Shown one piece after another: positions 26,385-35,365 of a DNA stretch of 64,000 nt. Under the pieces are notes generated by a model that ran no database searches, was not told the origin of the DNA, and saw only the letters and a program-made list of their open reading frames with translations. The number at the start of each line of letters is the position of its first letter. Position 1 is the stretch's first letter. This DNA is from Candidatus Eiseniibacteriota bacterium (lineage in GTDB: Bacteria; Eisenbacteria; RBG-16-71-46; JABDJR01), in assembly GCA_963762255.1 (NCBI GenBank), contig CAVXKA010000001.1, forward strand, positions 928,001-992,000. The letters are read 5' to 3'. A program made the translations under genes and the position numbers.

Positions 26385-26466
26385 CCCCCGTCCCCACCTG
26401 CCGATAATCGCAGCAGGACCGGCCCCGGAGAGGGCAAACGGCACCAACAAGGCAGAGGGCGAACGC

Positions 26467-28416
26467 GTGGGCGATTGGGGACCCTTCCCCGAGGAGGGGA
26501 AGAGCATCGTGCGGCCCGCGGCTGACGAGGGGGATCCCTCTTTGGCGGCGGAAGAGCGCGCCAAGCTGAGGCTCGTGACCGGGAACGAAGCATCCCCGGT
26601 CGCGGACGACGCGACGGCGTTCACGGTGGAGAGTGCCCTCACCGACAGCATCCTCGGCCTCGACGACGCCGAGTCGGACGAGGAAATCCCGGCCGGTACG
26701 TCCCCCGAGACCGCGCAGGTGCGGCGCTTCGCCCGGGCACTGGCCAAGGCCGTGAAGGCGGTGCGCATCTATCCCCTTCAGAACCCGATGTGCCGCCGCT
26801 TCGCCGATGAGGCGACCGCCCGCATGATGGAGACGTTCCAGATCATGGACGCCGTGCGGCTCACCGTGGGCAAGACGAAGTTCTTCTTCGGAGGCGATGC
26901 GGTCCTCGAGCAGCCGGGCCGCGACGACTCGGTGCCCGGGCGTCTCTTCTGGGACGGCATCCGCGAGATCACCTTTCACGTGGGCCTCACGCCGCAGGAG
27001 ACGCTCGACTTCCTCTCCCTCTTCCGCAAGAACGGGCAGAAGGCGGTGGAGGGCGAGGACGATCTCGTGACGCTGATGTGGGCGGGCCGCTTCGAGCACA
27101 TCACGCACATCGCGATCGACGATCTCTTCGACCTCGAGAACGCGGATGACCCGATCCCCGATGAGTTCGGCAAAGAATTCATGAACTACGTGGACCTCGA
27201 GATGCACAACATCGAGGATGACGAAGAGACCGATCGCCTCGCGAAAGAGATTGCGGAGGAGATTCGGGCCAAGCTCCGCTCGGAGGACGACCCTGTGCTC
27301 TTCGGCGTCTCGCCCAAGGAGCGCGAGCGGCTCCTCGAGGAGATCGCCGACGAGGATTCGCCCCGCATGCTGGCCGACATCGTGCGGCTGATGGGGGAAA
27401 CCCTCCATCTAGAGAAAGAGGAGGCGTCGTTCGTGGAGTTGGTGCAGGTGCTGGCCGGCGCCCTGCTCGGGCTTATCGGGGAGGGACGTCTGCACGAGGC
27501 CACCGGGGTCGTGCGGCTTCTGCGACTGGTGCGCGACGACCGCGCCGAACTCACCCCTGCGATGGCCGCCAGCGTCGACTCCGCGCTACGCGCGGCATGG
27601 GACGACACCCGTCGCACCGCGCTCATCCGCCATCTCGATTCCGGAAAGGCGGTGTTCCTGGCCTCTCTCGTGGAGTTCGTGCGCTCTCTCCCGCCGGCGG
27701 CGGTGGGGAGCCTCTGCGAGCTCCTGGGCGAGCTCGAGAGCGCCCGCGCGCGTCGCCATCTCATCGACGCCCTCATCGAGAAGGCGGAAGGAGACGTCAA
27801 TCCCTTCCTTCCCTTCCTGCGGGATCCGCGCTGGTATCTCGTGCGCAACGTGGCCCTCATTCTGGGGACGATGAAGAACGAGCAGTCGGTGGGGCCGTTG
27901 AAGGAACTGCTCCGCCATCCCGATTTCCGTGTCCGGCGCGAGGCGCTCAGCGCGTTGAGCCAGGTGGGTCTAGGTCGCGCGCTCGATGTGCTGGCCGAGG
28001 CGCTCCACGATCCGGATCCGAGAATCCGGATGGGGGCGGCCCGCAACCTCTCTCTCGCCGGTCGCCGGGCGCTGCCGCACCTGCTCACCGTGCTCGAAGA
28101 GAAGGACTTCGACAAGCGAGAACTCAGCGAGAAGCGGACCTTCTACGAATCCCTGGGGTACGCGGGGGGCAAGGAAGTCCTGCCGATCATGCGCGACGTG
28201 CTGGACCGGCGCAGCCTCTTCCGGCGGGCGCAAGCCGAGGAACTGCGGGCGTGCGCCTGCGAGGCGCTGGGCTGGATCGGCGGCCCGGAAGCCAAGGAGC
28301 TTCTGACCGCCCAGCTGAATGAACGATCGGTCCTCGTACGCACGGCAGCCCAGTCGGGGCTGCGGCGCGTCGCCAAGGGGCGCGAAAGCGAGTCCATCGT
28401 CAAGGAGGCTGCCTGA
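26467..28416 (+). CDS. HEAT-repeat protein
   Basis: C-terminal PBS-lyase/HEAT repeats (DPRWYLVRN, HPDFRVRREA, DPDPRIRMGAA). Start uncertain (GTG 26467 or 26509). Confidence 0.8.
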   Translation: MGDWGPFPEEGKSIVRPAADEGDPSLAAEERAKLRLVTGNEASPVADDATAFTVESALTDSILGLDDAESDEEIPAGTSPETAQVRRFARALAKAVKAVRIYPLQNPMCRRFADEATARMMETFQIMDAVRLTVGKTKFFFGGDAVLEQPGRDDSVPGRLFWDGIREITFHVGLTPQETLDFLSLFRKNGQKAVEGEDDLVTLMWAGRFEHITHIAIDDLFDLENADDPIPDEFGKEFMNYVDLEMHNIEDDEETDRLAKEIAEEIRAKLRSEDDPVLFGVSPKERERLLEEIADEDSPRMLADIVRLMGETLHLEKEEASFVELVQVLAGALLGLIGEGRLHEATGVVRLLRLVRDDRAELTPAMAASVDSALRAAWDDTRRTALIRHLDSGKAVFLASLVEFVRSLPPAAVGSLCELLGELESARARRHLIDALIEKAEGDVNPFLPFLRDPRWYLVRNVALILGTMKNEQSVGPLKELLRHPDFRVRREALSALSQVGLGRALDVLAEALHDPDPRIRMGAARNLSLAGRRALPHLLTVLEEKDFDKRELSEKRTFYESLGYAGGKEVLPIMRDVLDRRSLFRRAQAEELRACACEALGWIGGPEAKELLTAQLNERSVLVRTAAQSGLRRVAKGRESESIVKEAA

Positions 28417-29870
28417 TGGTCACCGTCGACCGTTTGGCGGCGAGCCTCTCCGAGGATCCCCAGAGCCTCGGCCGCGAACTGGCTCGGACGCTGCAGGTAG
28501 CCCTGCGGACGGCCCGCACCCATGGGTGGGCCAACGAGGCGAGCCAGACCGCGGTGGAGGCGCTCACCGCCGCTATCAACGGCACGGTGGCCGCCCGCGG
28601 CGAATTCGGCCTCCACGCCGCCAGCGATTTCCTCTACCTCGACGATGTGCGACTGCGGGTGGACAGCACGGGCTACGGGTTCATGGAGCTCCTGATCAGC
28701 GAGCTCACGACCCGGGGCGTGGGCAGCCTCTTCGTCGCCGGAAAGGTCTCCAGCAACGAGATCCGCCAACTCGCGGACCTTCTCAACGAGCAGTCGGTCG
28801 GAGACGAAGAGACCGCAGCCCTCATCAACCTCAAGCTCGACTCCTTCGATTCGCCGTTCTCGGTGGGCCCGGTGCGGGAGATGAACGAACTCCTCAACCT
28901 CGAGACCGAGCAGGTGGACAAGCGTGAGCGCTGCAAGAAAGCGTTCTTCAAAGCGGTCACTGTCACCAAGGCCATCATGAACTGCGCGCACCTGGGGAAG
29001 CGGCTGGAGTTCCGCCACGCCAAACGGGTGGTGCAGGACATGGTGGATCTCATGATGGACGAGGAGTTCACGCTCCTCGGGTTGACCACCATCAAATCCC
29101 ACGACAACTACACCTTCTACCACTCCGTCAACGTGTGCATCTATTCGCTGGCTCTCGGCAAGCGCGTCGGCTTCAACCGCACCCAGCTCGCCGAGCTCGG
29201 AGTGGCCGCGCTCTTTCACGATCTCGGGAAATCCAGAATCCCCCTCGACATCCTGCGCAAGCCGGGGGCCTTCACGCCTGAGGAGTGGGACGTGATGAAG
29301 ACGCACCCCGAGATGGGGGTGAAGGAGTTGGTGCGGATGCGCGGGCTCTCCAGCCTGGCGTTCAAGTCGATGCTCGCATGCTTCGAACACCACCTGAACT
29401 ACAACGGGTCCGTGGGCGGCTACCCGAAGCTGCGGGCGCCCTACACCCCGCACCTGATCGGGCGGGTGGTGGCCATCGCCGACGCGTTCGACGCCATGAC
29501 GACCCGGCGGGTCTACGTGAAGGCGTCCACTCCTCGGGACAAGGCCCTCTCCTACATGATGAGCCAAGCCTCCACCAAGTTCGATCCGGTGCTCATGCGA
29601 CTGTTCGCCAATATGATCGGCGTCTTCCCGGTCGGGACGGCGGTGCGGCTCACGAGCGGCCGGCTGGCCGTCGTGATGGCGGTCTCCAAGGACCCCAGCC
29701 TCTGTCACCGCCCGGTGGTGCGCCCCATCACCGACAGCAACGGGATTCAGCGCGAGTATCCGGAAATGGACCTCTCCCGGAAGGGAGAGACCGGGGAGTA
29801 CCCCGACGAGGTCGTGAGCACAGTGGACGCGGACGCTCTCGGCCTCGATATCTCGCGCTATTTCATCTAA
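28416..29870 (+). CDS. HD-GYP domain cyclic-dinucleotide phosphodiesterase
   Basis: HDNYTFYHSVNV, HDLGK, HP, EHH, GGYP, IADAFDAMT..R. TGATG coupling to the HEAT gene. Confidence 0.9.
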   Translation: MVTVDRLAASLSEDPQSLGRELARTLQVALRTARTHGWANEASQTAVEALTAAINGTVAARGEFGLHAASDFLYLDDVRLRVDSTGYGFMELLISELTTRGVGSLFVAGKVSSNEIRQLADLLNEQSVGDEETAALINLKLDSFDSPFSVGPVREMNELLNLETEQVDKRERCKKAFFKAVTVTKAIMNCAHLGKRLEFRHAKRVVQDMVDLMMDEEFTLLGLTTIKSHDNYTFYHSVNVCIYSLALGKRVGFNRTQLAELGVAALFHDLGKSRIPLDILRKPGAFTPEEWDVMKTHPEMGVKELVRMRGLSSLAFKSMLACFEHHLNYNGSVGGYPKLRAPYTPHLIGRVVAIADAFDAMTTRRVYVKASTPRDKALSYMMSQASTKFDPVLMRLFANMIGVFPVGTAVRLTSGRLAVVMAVSKDPSLCHRPVVRPITDSNGIQREYPEMDLSRKGETGEYPDEVVSTVDADALGLDISRYFI

Positions 29871-29912
29871 GTAGAATCCGCCCCGGTTCGGATCGCGGTT
29901 CCCCCGCCCGTC

Positions 29913-29941
29913 TTGACATGGCGGGATCCCTCGCCTATTCT
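29913..29941 (+). promoter_or_regulatory. Sigma70-type promoter
   Basis: TTGACA (29913-29918), 17 bp, TATTCT (29936-29941). Confidence 0.6.
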
Positions 29942-30032
29942 CTCGGGTCGCTTTGCGCTCCCCCTCTCGGACTGTTCGGACCGTTCTCTACATGCCCTCA
30001 ACATACCTATGACGATCCAGGGAGGATCTCCA

Positions 30033-30509
30033 GTGCATAACTGGCGTGCGGCGGTCGTGGTCCTGGCTCTGCTACTCACGGGAGCGGTGAGCGGTTGCAC
30101 CAAGCTAGTCCCCGCCTCAGTCGACGATTTCGGCGCCAACAAGACGGTGGTGGTTACCCTTCGCGACGGTGAGACGATCAGAGGTCACATCCGGCGAGGA
30201 GAGGCAGTGACCTTCACTACCTTCGGACGGGTGTATCGCGCGCGAGTGGAGGACATGGACAACGCGGGGAACATCGTCCTCGCCGGGGCCTACGTCCAGG
30301 AGGAGTACGAACGCTTCTCCCTCCAGCGTGACCGCATGGAAGGCGCGCAGCTGCGGATCACCGACGGCACCGACCGCATCTCCATTCCCGCGTACAAAAT
30401 CGTCAAGGTCGAAGAGGTCACGATCGACAAGATGAAGTCGGCCCGGGCATCGGCCTTCTGGAGCTTCACCTTCTTCGTCGTCGCCAAGATCATGGGAGCG
30501 AGGCTCTAG
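30033..30509 (+). CDS. Hypothetical lipoprotein
   Basis: SD GGAGG, GTG start, lipobox VSGC, hydrophobic C-terminal segment. Confidence 0.7.
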   Translation: MHNWRAAVVVLALLLTGAVSGCTKLVPASVDDFGANKTVVVTLRDGETIRGHIRRGEAVTFTTFGRVYRARVEDMDNAGNIVLAGAYVQEEYERFSLQRDRMEGAQLRITDGTDRISIPAYKIVKVEEVTIDKMKSARASAFWSFTFFVVAKIMGARL

Positions 30510-30543
30510 CCGCCCCCCCGACCGCTGACCGGAGGAAACCGCG

Positions 30544-32178
30544 TTGAAAGCACCCTCTCGCATCCTCGCCGTCATAGTGACCCTTGCCGCGGCATTCGCC
30601 TGGGCGCCGATCGCCCGCTCCCAATCGTCGACGCCCATCGACACCGTGAGCGTGCCGGGCCGAACCGCATGGGAGGACGGCTTTCTCTCCCTGTTGAATC
30701 TGGACCGCGTCCCCCAAGGTAGCCGCGTGATCGGCATGGGAGGCGCCGGTATGGCCCTCCAGGGCGGGGTCGAGTCCGTTGCGCTCAACCCGGCGGTGCT
30801 GACCGGAATCCGCCGAGTCGAGTTGGAGTCCGAGGCCATCTACTACTCCGGCGGCGCGAACGTGAGCTCGTATCCCCAGCAACGGATCGGATCCATCCTG
30901 AGCACCTCCGATTACCGGGTGACCCCCTCGTCGTCTCTGGGCTACAACAACGTCACCGTGGGGATCCCTCTGGTGATCTTCGGATCGCGCGGTGGTCTCG
31001 GCCTCTCCTACCGGCGTGTGGCGCGCACCGGGCATGCGGAGGAAACCCGGGCTCAACTGCTAATCGTAACCTCGGCCAACCAGGAAGTCGCCTACGGCCG
31101 CGGCGACAGTCCTGATGGTGGAATGGACGCGTTCACCCTGTCCGCCGCCCGACAAATGGGGGATCGCGTAAGCCTGGGCGCGAACTTCAACATCGAGAGC
31201 GGTACGCTGGACCGCTCCGAGGCGCTCGGGGTTTCGCTCTATGGGTTCACCGTCCTTTCCGGCGGGTCGTCCTTCAAGCAGGACGTTTCCAGCATGAACT
31301 TCGATCTGGGCGCCCGCGCCGACTTCGGCCGGCTGAAGCTCGCCGCCACCACGTATGTCGGCCACGACATGACGTTCGAGCGGGGATCGGCCGAAGTCCG
31401 GCCGATGACGGACGATCCGAGCGCCGACCGCTACGATCTACGCAGTACTCCGCTCGACAACACGCTCTCCGTTCCCACCATGTTCGGGCTCGGCTCGGCT
31501 TACGCTCTGAACGAGCGGCTCACGCTGGCCGCCGATTACATGATCCGGCCCTGGAGCAAGGCGGAGATCACGCGAACGACGATCGACCCGGTGATGGGAT
31601 TCGCCAATCCCGCCGACTCGACCTCCTTCTACTACAGCTTGGGCGTCTCGGACACTGGCGAGGAGACGTTCAGTGCCCGTTTCGAGGACACCAATAGCCT
31701 TCGGATCGGTCTGGAGTACCTGCTGATCAAGCGGCCGGACTGGACCATGCCGGTGCGCTTGGGCTTCCGCAAGGAAAAGCTGACCCTGACCAACACCACG
31801 ATCCCGGACATCTACACGAACCCCTCCGGGCTCGTGTACGAGCTCTACCACCTCGACGTGATCCCTTCCGATCAGCGCACGGCGGAAGAGCAGGCGCGCT
31901 ACCAGGAACTCGAAGGCGCGATCAGAGAGTTGATCGAATTCAACGATCTCCTCTTCCGGGGCAAGGCCGCGGACGCAACGGTGATTTCTTTCGGTCTGGC
32001 CTTCGAGATGGGCACCTTCGGCGCCGAGTTGGCGGTGGAGCGCAAGGCGTATGACATCGACAACTTCTTCCTCTCGGGCTTCAACCCGGATCCGCGATAC
32101 GGGAGCCTGACCCCCCTCCTGTCCAAGGAAAGCCGCTCCATCATGGCGATCTCCCTGAGCACACGCTGGCGGTTCTGA
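30544..32178 (+). CDS. Outer-membrane beta-barrel, FadL/OmpP1(TodX)-like
   Basis: Signal peptide; 'GSRVIGMGGAGMAL...NPAVL'; terminal STRWRF. Confidence 0.75.
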   Translation: MKAPSRILAVIVTLAAAFAWAPIARSQSSTPIDTVSVPGRTAWEDGFLSLLNLDRVPQGSRVIGMGGAGMALQGGVESVALNPAVLTGIRRVELESEAIYYSGGANVSSYPQQRIGSILSTSDYRVTPSSSLGYNNVTVGIPLVIFGSRGGLGLSYRRVARTGHAEETRAQLLIVTSANQEVAYGRGDSPDGGMDAFTLSAARQMGDRVSLGANFNIESGTLDRSEALGVSLYGFTVLSGGSSFKQDVSSMNFDLGARADFGRLKLAATTYVGHDMTFERGSAEVRPMTDDPSADRYDLRSTPLDNTLSVPTMFGLGSAYALNERLTLAADYMIRPWSKAEITRTTIDPVMGFANPADSTSFYYSLGVSDTGEETFSARFEDTNSLRIGLEYLLIKRPDWTMPVRLGFRKEKLTLTNTTIPDIYTNPSGLVYELYHLDVIPSDQRTAEEQARYQELEGAIRELIEFNDLLFRGKAADATVISFGLAFEMGTFGAELAVERKAYDIDNFFLSGFNPDPRYGSLTPLLSKESRSIMAISLSTRWRF

Positions 32179-32315
32179 TCGGGGAGCAGACTGCGATAAG
32201 GCCGGACCGGGCAAGCTGACCCGGTGCCGGGCCTCGCCGGACGATTACAACCCATTTCGATTGTTTGATCCCGACGCAAAGGTCCGGTGCGTCCTTCCCG
32301 ACAATTCGCACTTGT

Positions 32316-32331
32316 CCACAACATGTTGTGT
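32316..32331. promoter_or_regulatory. NrdR box
   Basis: CCACAACATGTTGTGT (palindromic core CACAACATGTTGTG) matches the acaCwAtATaTwGtgt consensus and lies upstream of an RNR gene. A weak second copy may lie at about 32347-32362. Confidence 0.75.
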
Positions 32332-32448
32332 ATTGTGGGACAAGAAGCTACATGAATTGGTACTTTTCGCCTTGACGCGGTTTCTCACTGGGCGATATGA
32401 AGGAAGGCGTCTTTTCTTCCCACCCTTACCTGGAAGGATGTGCGACCC

Positions 32449-35283
32449 ATGGCAAGAAAAGCGAGCAAACCGTCCGCCGCAGAGGGCGCGGCGTCGGTTC
32501 GCCCGTCGGCCAGACGCCGCAATCGGGGGGCTGCTCTGGAGGGCGGCCTTCGCTTCGAGCGGCGCTTCACGCGGCCGGGGGTGAATCCATTCGACGAAGT
32601 CGAATGGGAGACCCGCCACGCCCTGATCGTTAGCGAGCGCGGGGAAACCGTGTTCGAGCAGAAAGACGTTGAGATCCCCAGATCCTGGTCCCTGACCGCC
32701 ACCAACGTGGTGGTCTCGAAGTACTTTCGCGGCAATCTGGGCACCCCCGAGCGCGAGTCGAGCGTCCGGCAATTGGTCGCGCGGGTGGTGGACACGATCA
32801 CACGGTGGGGCGAAGAGGGAGGGGTCTTCGCCACCGGAGAGGATCGCGACGCGTTTCACGACGAACTGCAGCACCTCGTCATCCATCAGAGGATGGCCTT
32901 CAACAGCCCGGTCTGGTTCAACGTCGGGGTGGTCGAGCATCCGCAGTGCTCGGCCTGCTTCATCAATTCGGTGCAGGATTCCATGGACTCCATCCTCGAT
33001 CTGGCCAAGACCGAGGGCATGTTGTTCAAGTGGGGTTCCGGCACCGGCAGCAACCTCTCCCGGATCCGCTCGTCCCACGAGAGGCTTCGGGGGGGCGGCA
33101 CCGCCTCGGGGCCCGTTTCGTTCATGAAGGGGTACGACGCCTTCGCCGGCGTGATCAAGTCGGGCGGCAAGACCCGCCGCGCCGCGAAGATGGTCATCCT
33201 CAACATCGATCATCCCGATGTCTTCGACTTCATCCGCTGCAAGGCGGAGGAAGAGAAGAAGGCATGGGCCTTGATCGAGTCTGGATACGACGGCGGCTTC
33301 AACGTCCCCGGCGGCGCCTACGACTCGGTCTTCTACCAGAACGCCAACCACAGCGTGCGGGTGACCGACGAGTTCATGCAGGCGGTGATCGAGGACCGCG
33401 AGTGGTCCACGCGGAACGTGCTCGGCGGAGGCACCGCCGAGACCTATCGCGCCAAGGATCTTCTCCGCGCGATGGCCGAGGCGACCCACGTGTGCGGTGA
33501 CCCCGGCATGCAGTTCGACACCACGATCAACCGGTGGCACACCTGCAAGGCGACGGATCGGATCCACGCCTCGAATCCCTGCAGCGAGTATATGTTCCTG
33601 GACGATACCGCCTGCAACCTGGCCTCGCTGAACCTCAAGAGGTTCGTGGACGTCGACGGGCGATTCAACACCGACGACTTCATCCACGCCGTCGACGTGA
33701 CGATTACCGCGATGGAGATCCTGGTCGGCAACTCGTCGTATCCCACGGCCAAGATCGCGGCCAACAGCCACGACTATCGACCGTTGGGGCTGGGGTACGC
33801 GAACCTCGGCGCGCTCCTCATGAGCTGGGGGGTGCCCTACGACAGCGAGCAGGGGCGGGCGACGGCGGCGGCCATCACCGCGCTCATGTGCGGACAGGCC
33901 TACGCCACCTCGGCGCGCATCGCGTCTCAGTTGGGCGCCTTCCCCGGGTATGCACGGAACGAAGCCTCGATGCTCGAGGTCATCGCCGCGCATCGGGAGG
34001 CGGTGAAGGGGATCGACCCGTCCCTGGTGCCGGCGGACCTGCTTGCGTCCGCGCACGAGTCGTGGAACCGCGCCCGCACGCTCGGCGGCGAGTACGGTTT
34101 CCGCAACAGTCAGGTCACCGTGCTCGCTCCCACCGGCACCATCGGCTTCCTCATGGACTGCGACACCACCGGCGTGGAGCCCGAGCTCGCGCTGGTGAAG
34201 TACAAGAAGCTGGTGGGGGGCGGCGTCATCAAGATCGTGAACCAGTCGGTGGAGCCGGCGCTCGAGCATCTCGGCTACGGGGCGGCGGAGTGTCTGCGCG
34301 TCCTCGAGCACATCGAGGAGGCGGGCACGATCGAACGGGCACCCGGGCTCAAGGACGAGCACTTGCCGGTGTTCGACTGCTCGTTCACGCCGGCAGGCGG
34401 TGCGCGTTCCATCCACTACTTGGGCCACCTGCGCATGATGGCGGCGGTGCAACCGTTCCTGTCGGGTGCGATCTCCAAGACGATCAACCTCCCGTCCAGC
34501 GTGACCGTCGACGAGATCTCCGATGCCTACCTCGAGGCATGGAGGCTCGGCCTGAAGTCGGTGGCGCTGTACCGGGACGGCTCCAAGCGCACGCAACCCC
34601 TCTCCACTCGACGGGATGGCGGCGGGGGGCCGGAGGCGGCCGCCGAGGCCGTCTCCCGCGCCCATCGCCGGCGTTTGCCCGACGAGCGTCAGGCCATCAC
34701 CCACAAGTTCTCGATCGGCGGCCACGAAGGCTACATCACGGTCGGGATGTACGAAGACGGGTCGCCCGGCGAGATCTTCGTGGTGATGTCGAAAGAGGGA
34801 ACGGTGGTGAGCGGTCTGATGGATGGATTCGCCACCACGATCTCGCTGGCGCTTCAGTACGGCGTGCCGCTCAACGTACTGGTCGACAAGTTCAGTCACA
34901 CGCGGTTCGAGCCTTCCGGGTTCACCAACAACCCGGAGATCCCGATCGCCAAGTCGATTCTCGATTACATATTCCGCTGGCTGGCCAGCCGCTTCCTCTC
35001 CGACGCCGATCAGGAACAGGTGGGGGTGCAGAAGCCGGCCATCGAGAACGCCGATCTGGCCGCCGGGACCGCGGGTTCCGCCGCGGCCACGGTCGCGCCC
35101 GCTCCTCGCTCGGCGCCGAAGGCGCGCAACGGTCACCGCAACGGGAAGGCCAAGGAGGAAGCCTCCTTCGCGTTCCGTCTGCAAGAGGACGCGCCGCCCT
35201 GCCACGAATGCGGCGCGATCATGGTGCGCGGCGGCTCCTGCTACAAGTGCTTGAACTGTGGAGCCACCAGCGGATGTAGTTGA
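32449..35283 (+). CDS. nrdJ: Vitamin B12-dependent (class II) ribonucleotide reductase
   Basis: FNSPVWFN, CSACFI, GKTRRAAKM, SNPCSEY, ACNLASLN, APTGTI, GAISKTIN, YRDGSK; TSCPD-like domain; C-terminal CHEC...CLNC...GCS. No intein visible. Confidence 0.96.
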   Translation: MARKASKPSAAEGAASVRPSARRRNRGAALEGGLRFERRFTRPGVNPFDEVEWETRHALIVSERGETVFEQKDVEIPRSWSLTATNVVVSKYFRGNLGTPERESSVRQLVARVVDTITRWGEEGGVFATGEDRDAFHDELQHLVIHQRMAFNSPVWFNVGVVEHPQCSACFINSVQDSMDSILDLAKTEGMLFKWGSGTGSNLSRIRSSHERLRGGGTASGPVSFMKGYDAFAGVIKSGGKTRRAAKMVILNIDHPDVFDFIRCKAEEEKKAWALIESGYDGGFNVPGGAYDSVFYQNANHSVRVTDEFMQAVIEDREWSTRNVLGGGTAETYRAKDLLRAMAEATHVCGDPGMQFDTTINRWHTCKATDRIHASNPCSEYMFLDDTACNLASLNLKRFVDVDGRFNTDDFIHAVDVTITAMEILVGNSSYPTAKIAANSHDYRPLGLGYANLGALLMSWGVPYDSEQGRATAAAITALMCGQAYATSARIASQLGAFPGYARNEASMLEVIAAHREAVKGIDPSLVPADLLASAHESWNRARTLGGEYGFRNSQVTVLAPTGTIGFLMDCDTTGVEPELALVKYKKLVGGGVIKIVNQSVEPALEHLGYGAAECLRVLEHIEEAGTIERAPGLKDEHLPVFDCSFTPAGGARSIHYLGHLRMMAAVQPFLSGAISKTINLPSSVTVDEISDAYLEAWRLGLKSVALYRDGSKRTQPLSTRRDGGGGPEAAAEAVSRAHRRRLPDERQAITHKFSIGGHEGYITVGMYEDGSPGEIFVVMSKEGTVVSGLMDGFATTISLALQYGVPLNVLVDKFSHTRFEPSGFTNNPEIPIAKSILDYIFRWLASRFLSDADQEQVGVQKPAIENADLAAGTAGSAAATVAPAPRSAPKARNGHRNGKAKEEASFAFRLQEDAPPCHECGAIMVRGGSCYKCLNCGATSGCS

Positions 35284-35330
35284 ACCTGGCCGCACCTCGA
35301 AGCGAGGGCGGATCCGGTTGCGGAAGCGGA

Positions 35331-35365
35331 GGCCCCCTGACGGTTCGTAAGAACCTCAGGGGGCC
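35331..35365. terminator. Hairpin between convergent genes (probable terminator)
   Basis: GGCCCCCTGAcGGTTC-GTAA-GAACCTCAGGGGGCC with a GNRA loop; U tract weak. Confidence 0.55.

Noticed and set aside
26429-26470. Possible c-di-GMP-I riboswitch start (AGGGCAAAC) upstream of the HEAT/HD-GYP pair
   Set aside because: No GNRA-capped P2 stem or GACGCAAAGC segment follows.
24834-26768. 644-aa Ogt fusion suggested by the ORF track
   Set aside because: The true start is ATG 25418 with a GGAGG SD; the extension is antisense to the aldolase and HEAT genes.
32245-35295. 1016-aa minus-strand ORF (and similar long ORFs 14191..16506, 21750..23948, 17746..19539, 28143..29708, 57480..58925, 61588..63177)
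   Set aside because: Antisense shadows of well-supported genes; stop codons are rare in high-GC DNA, and no recognisable motifs are present.
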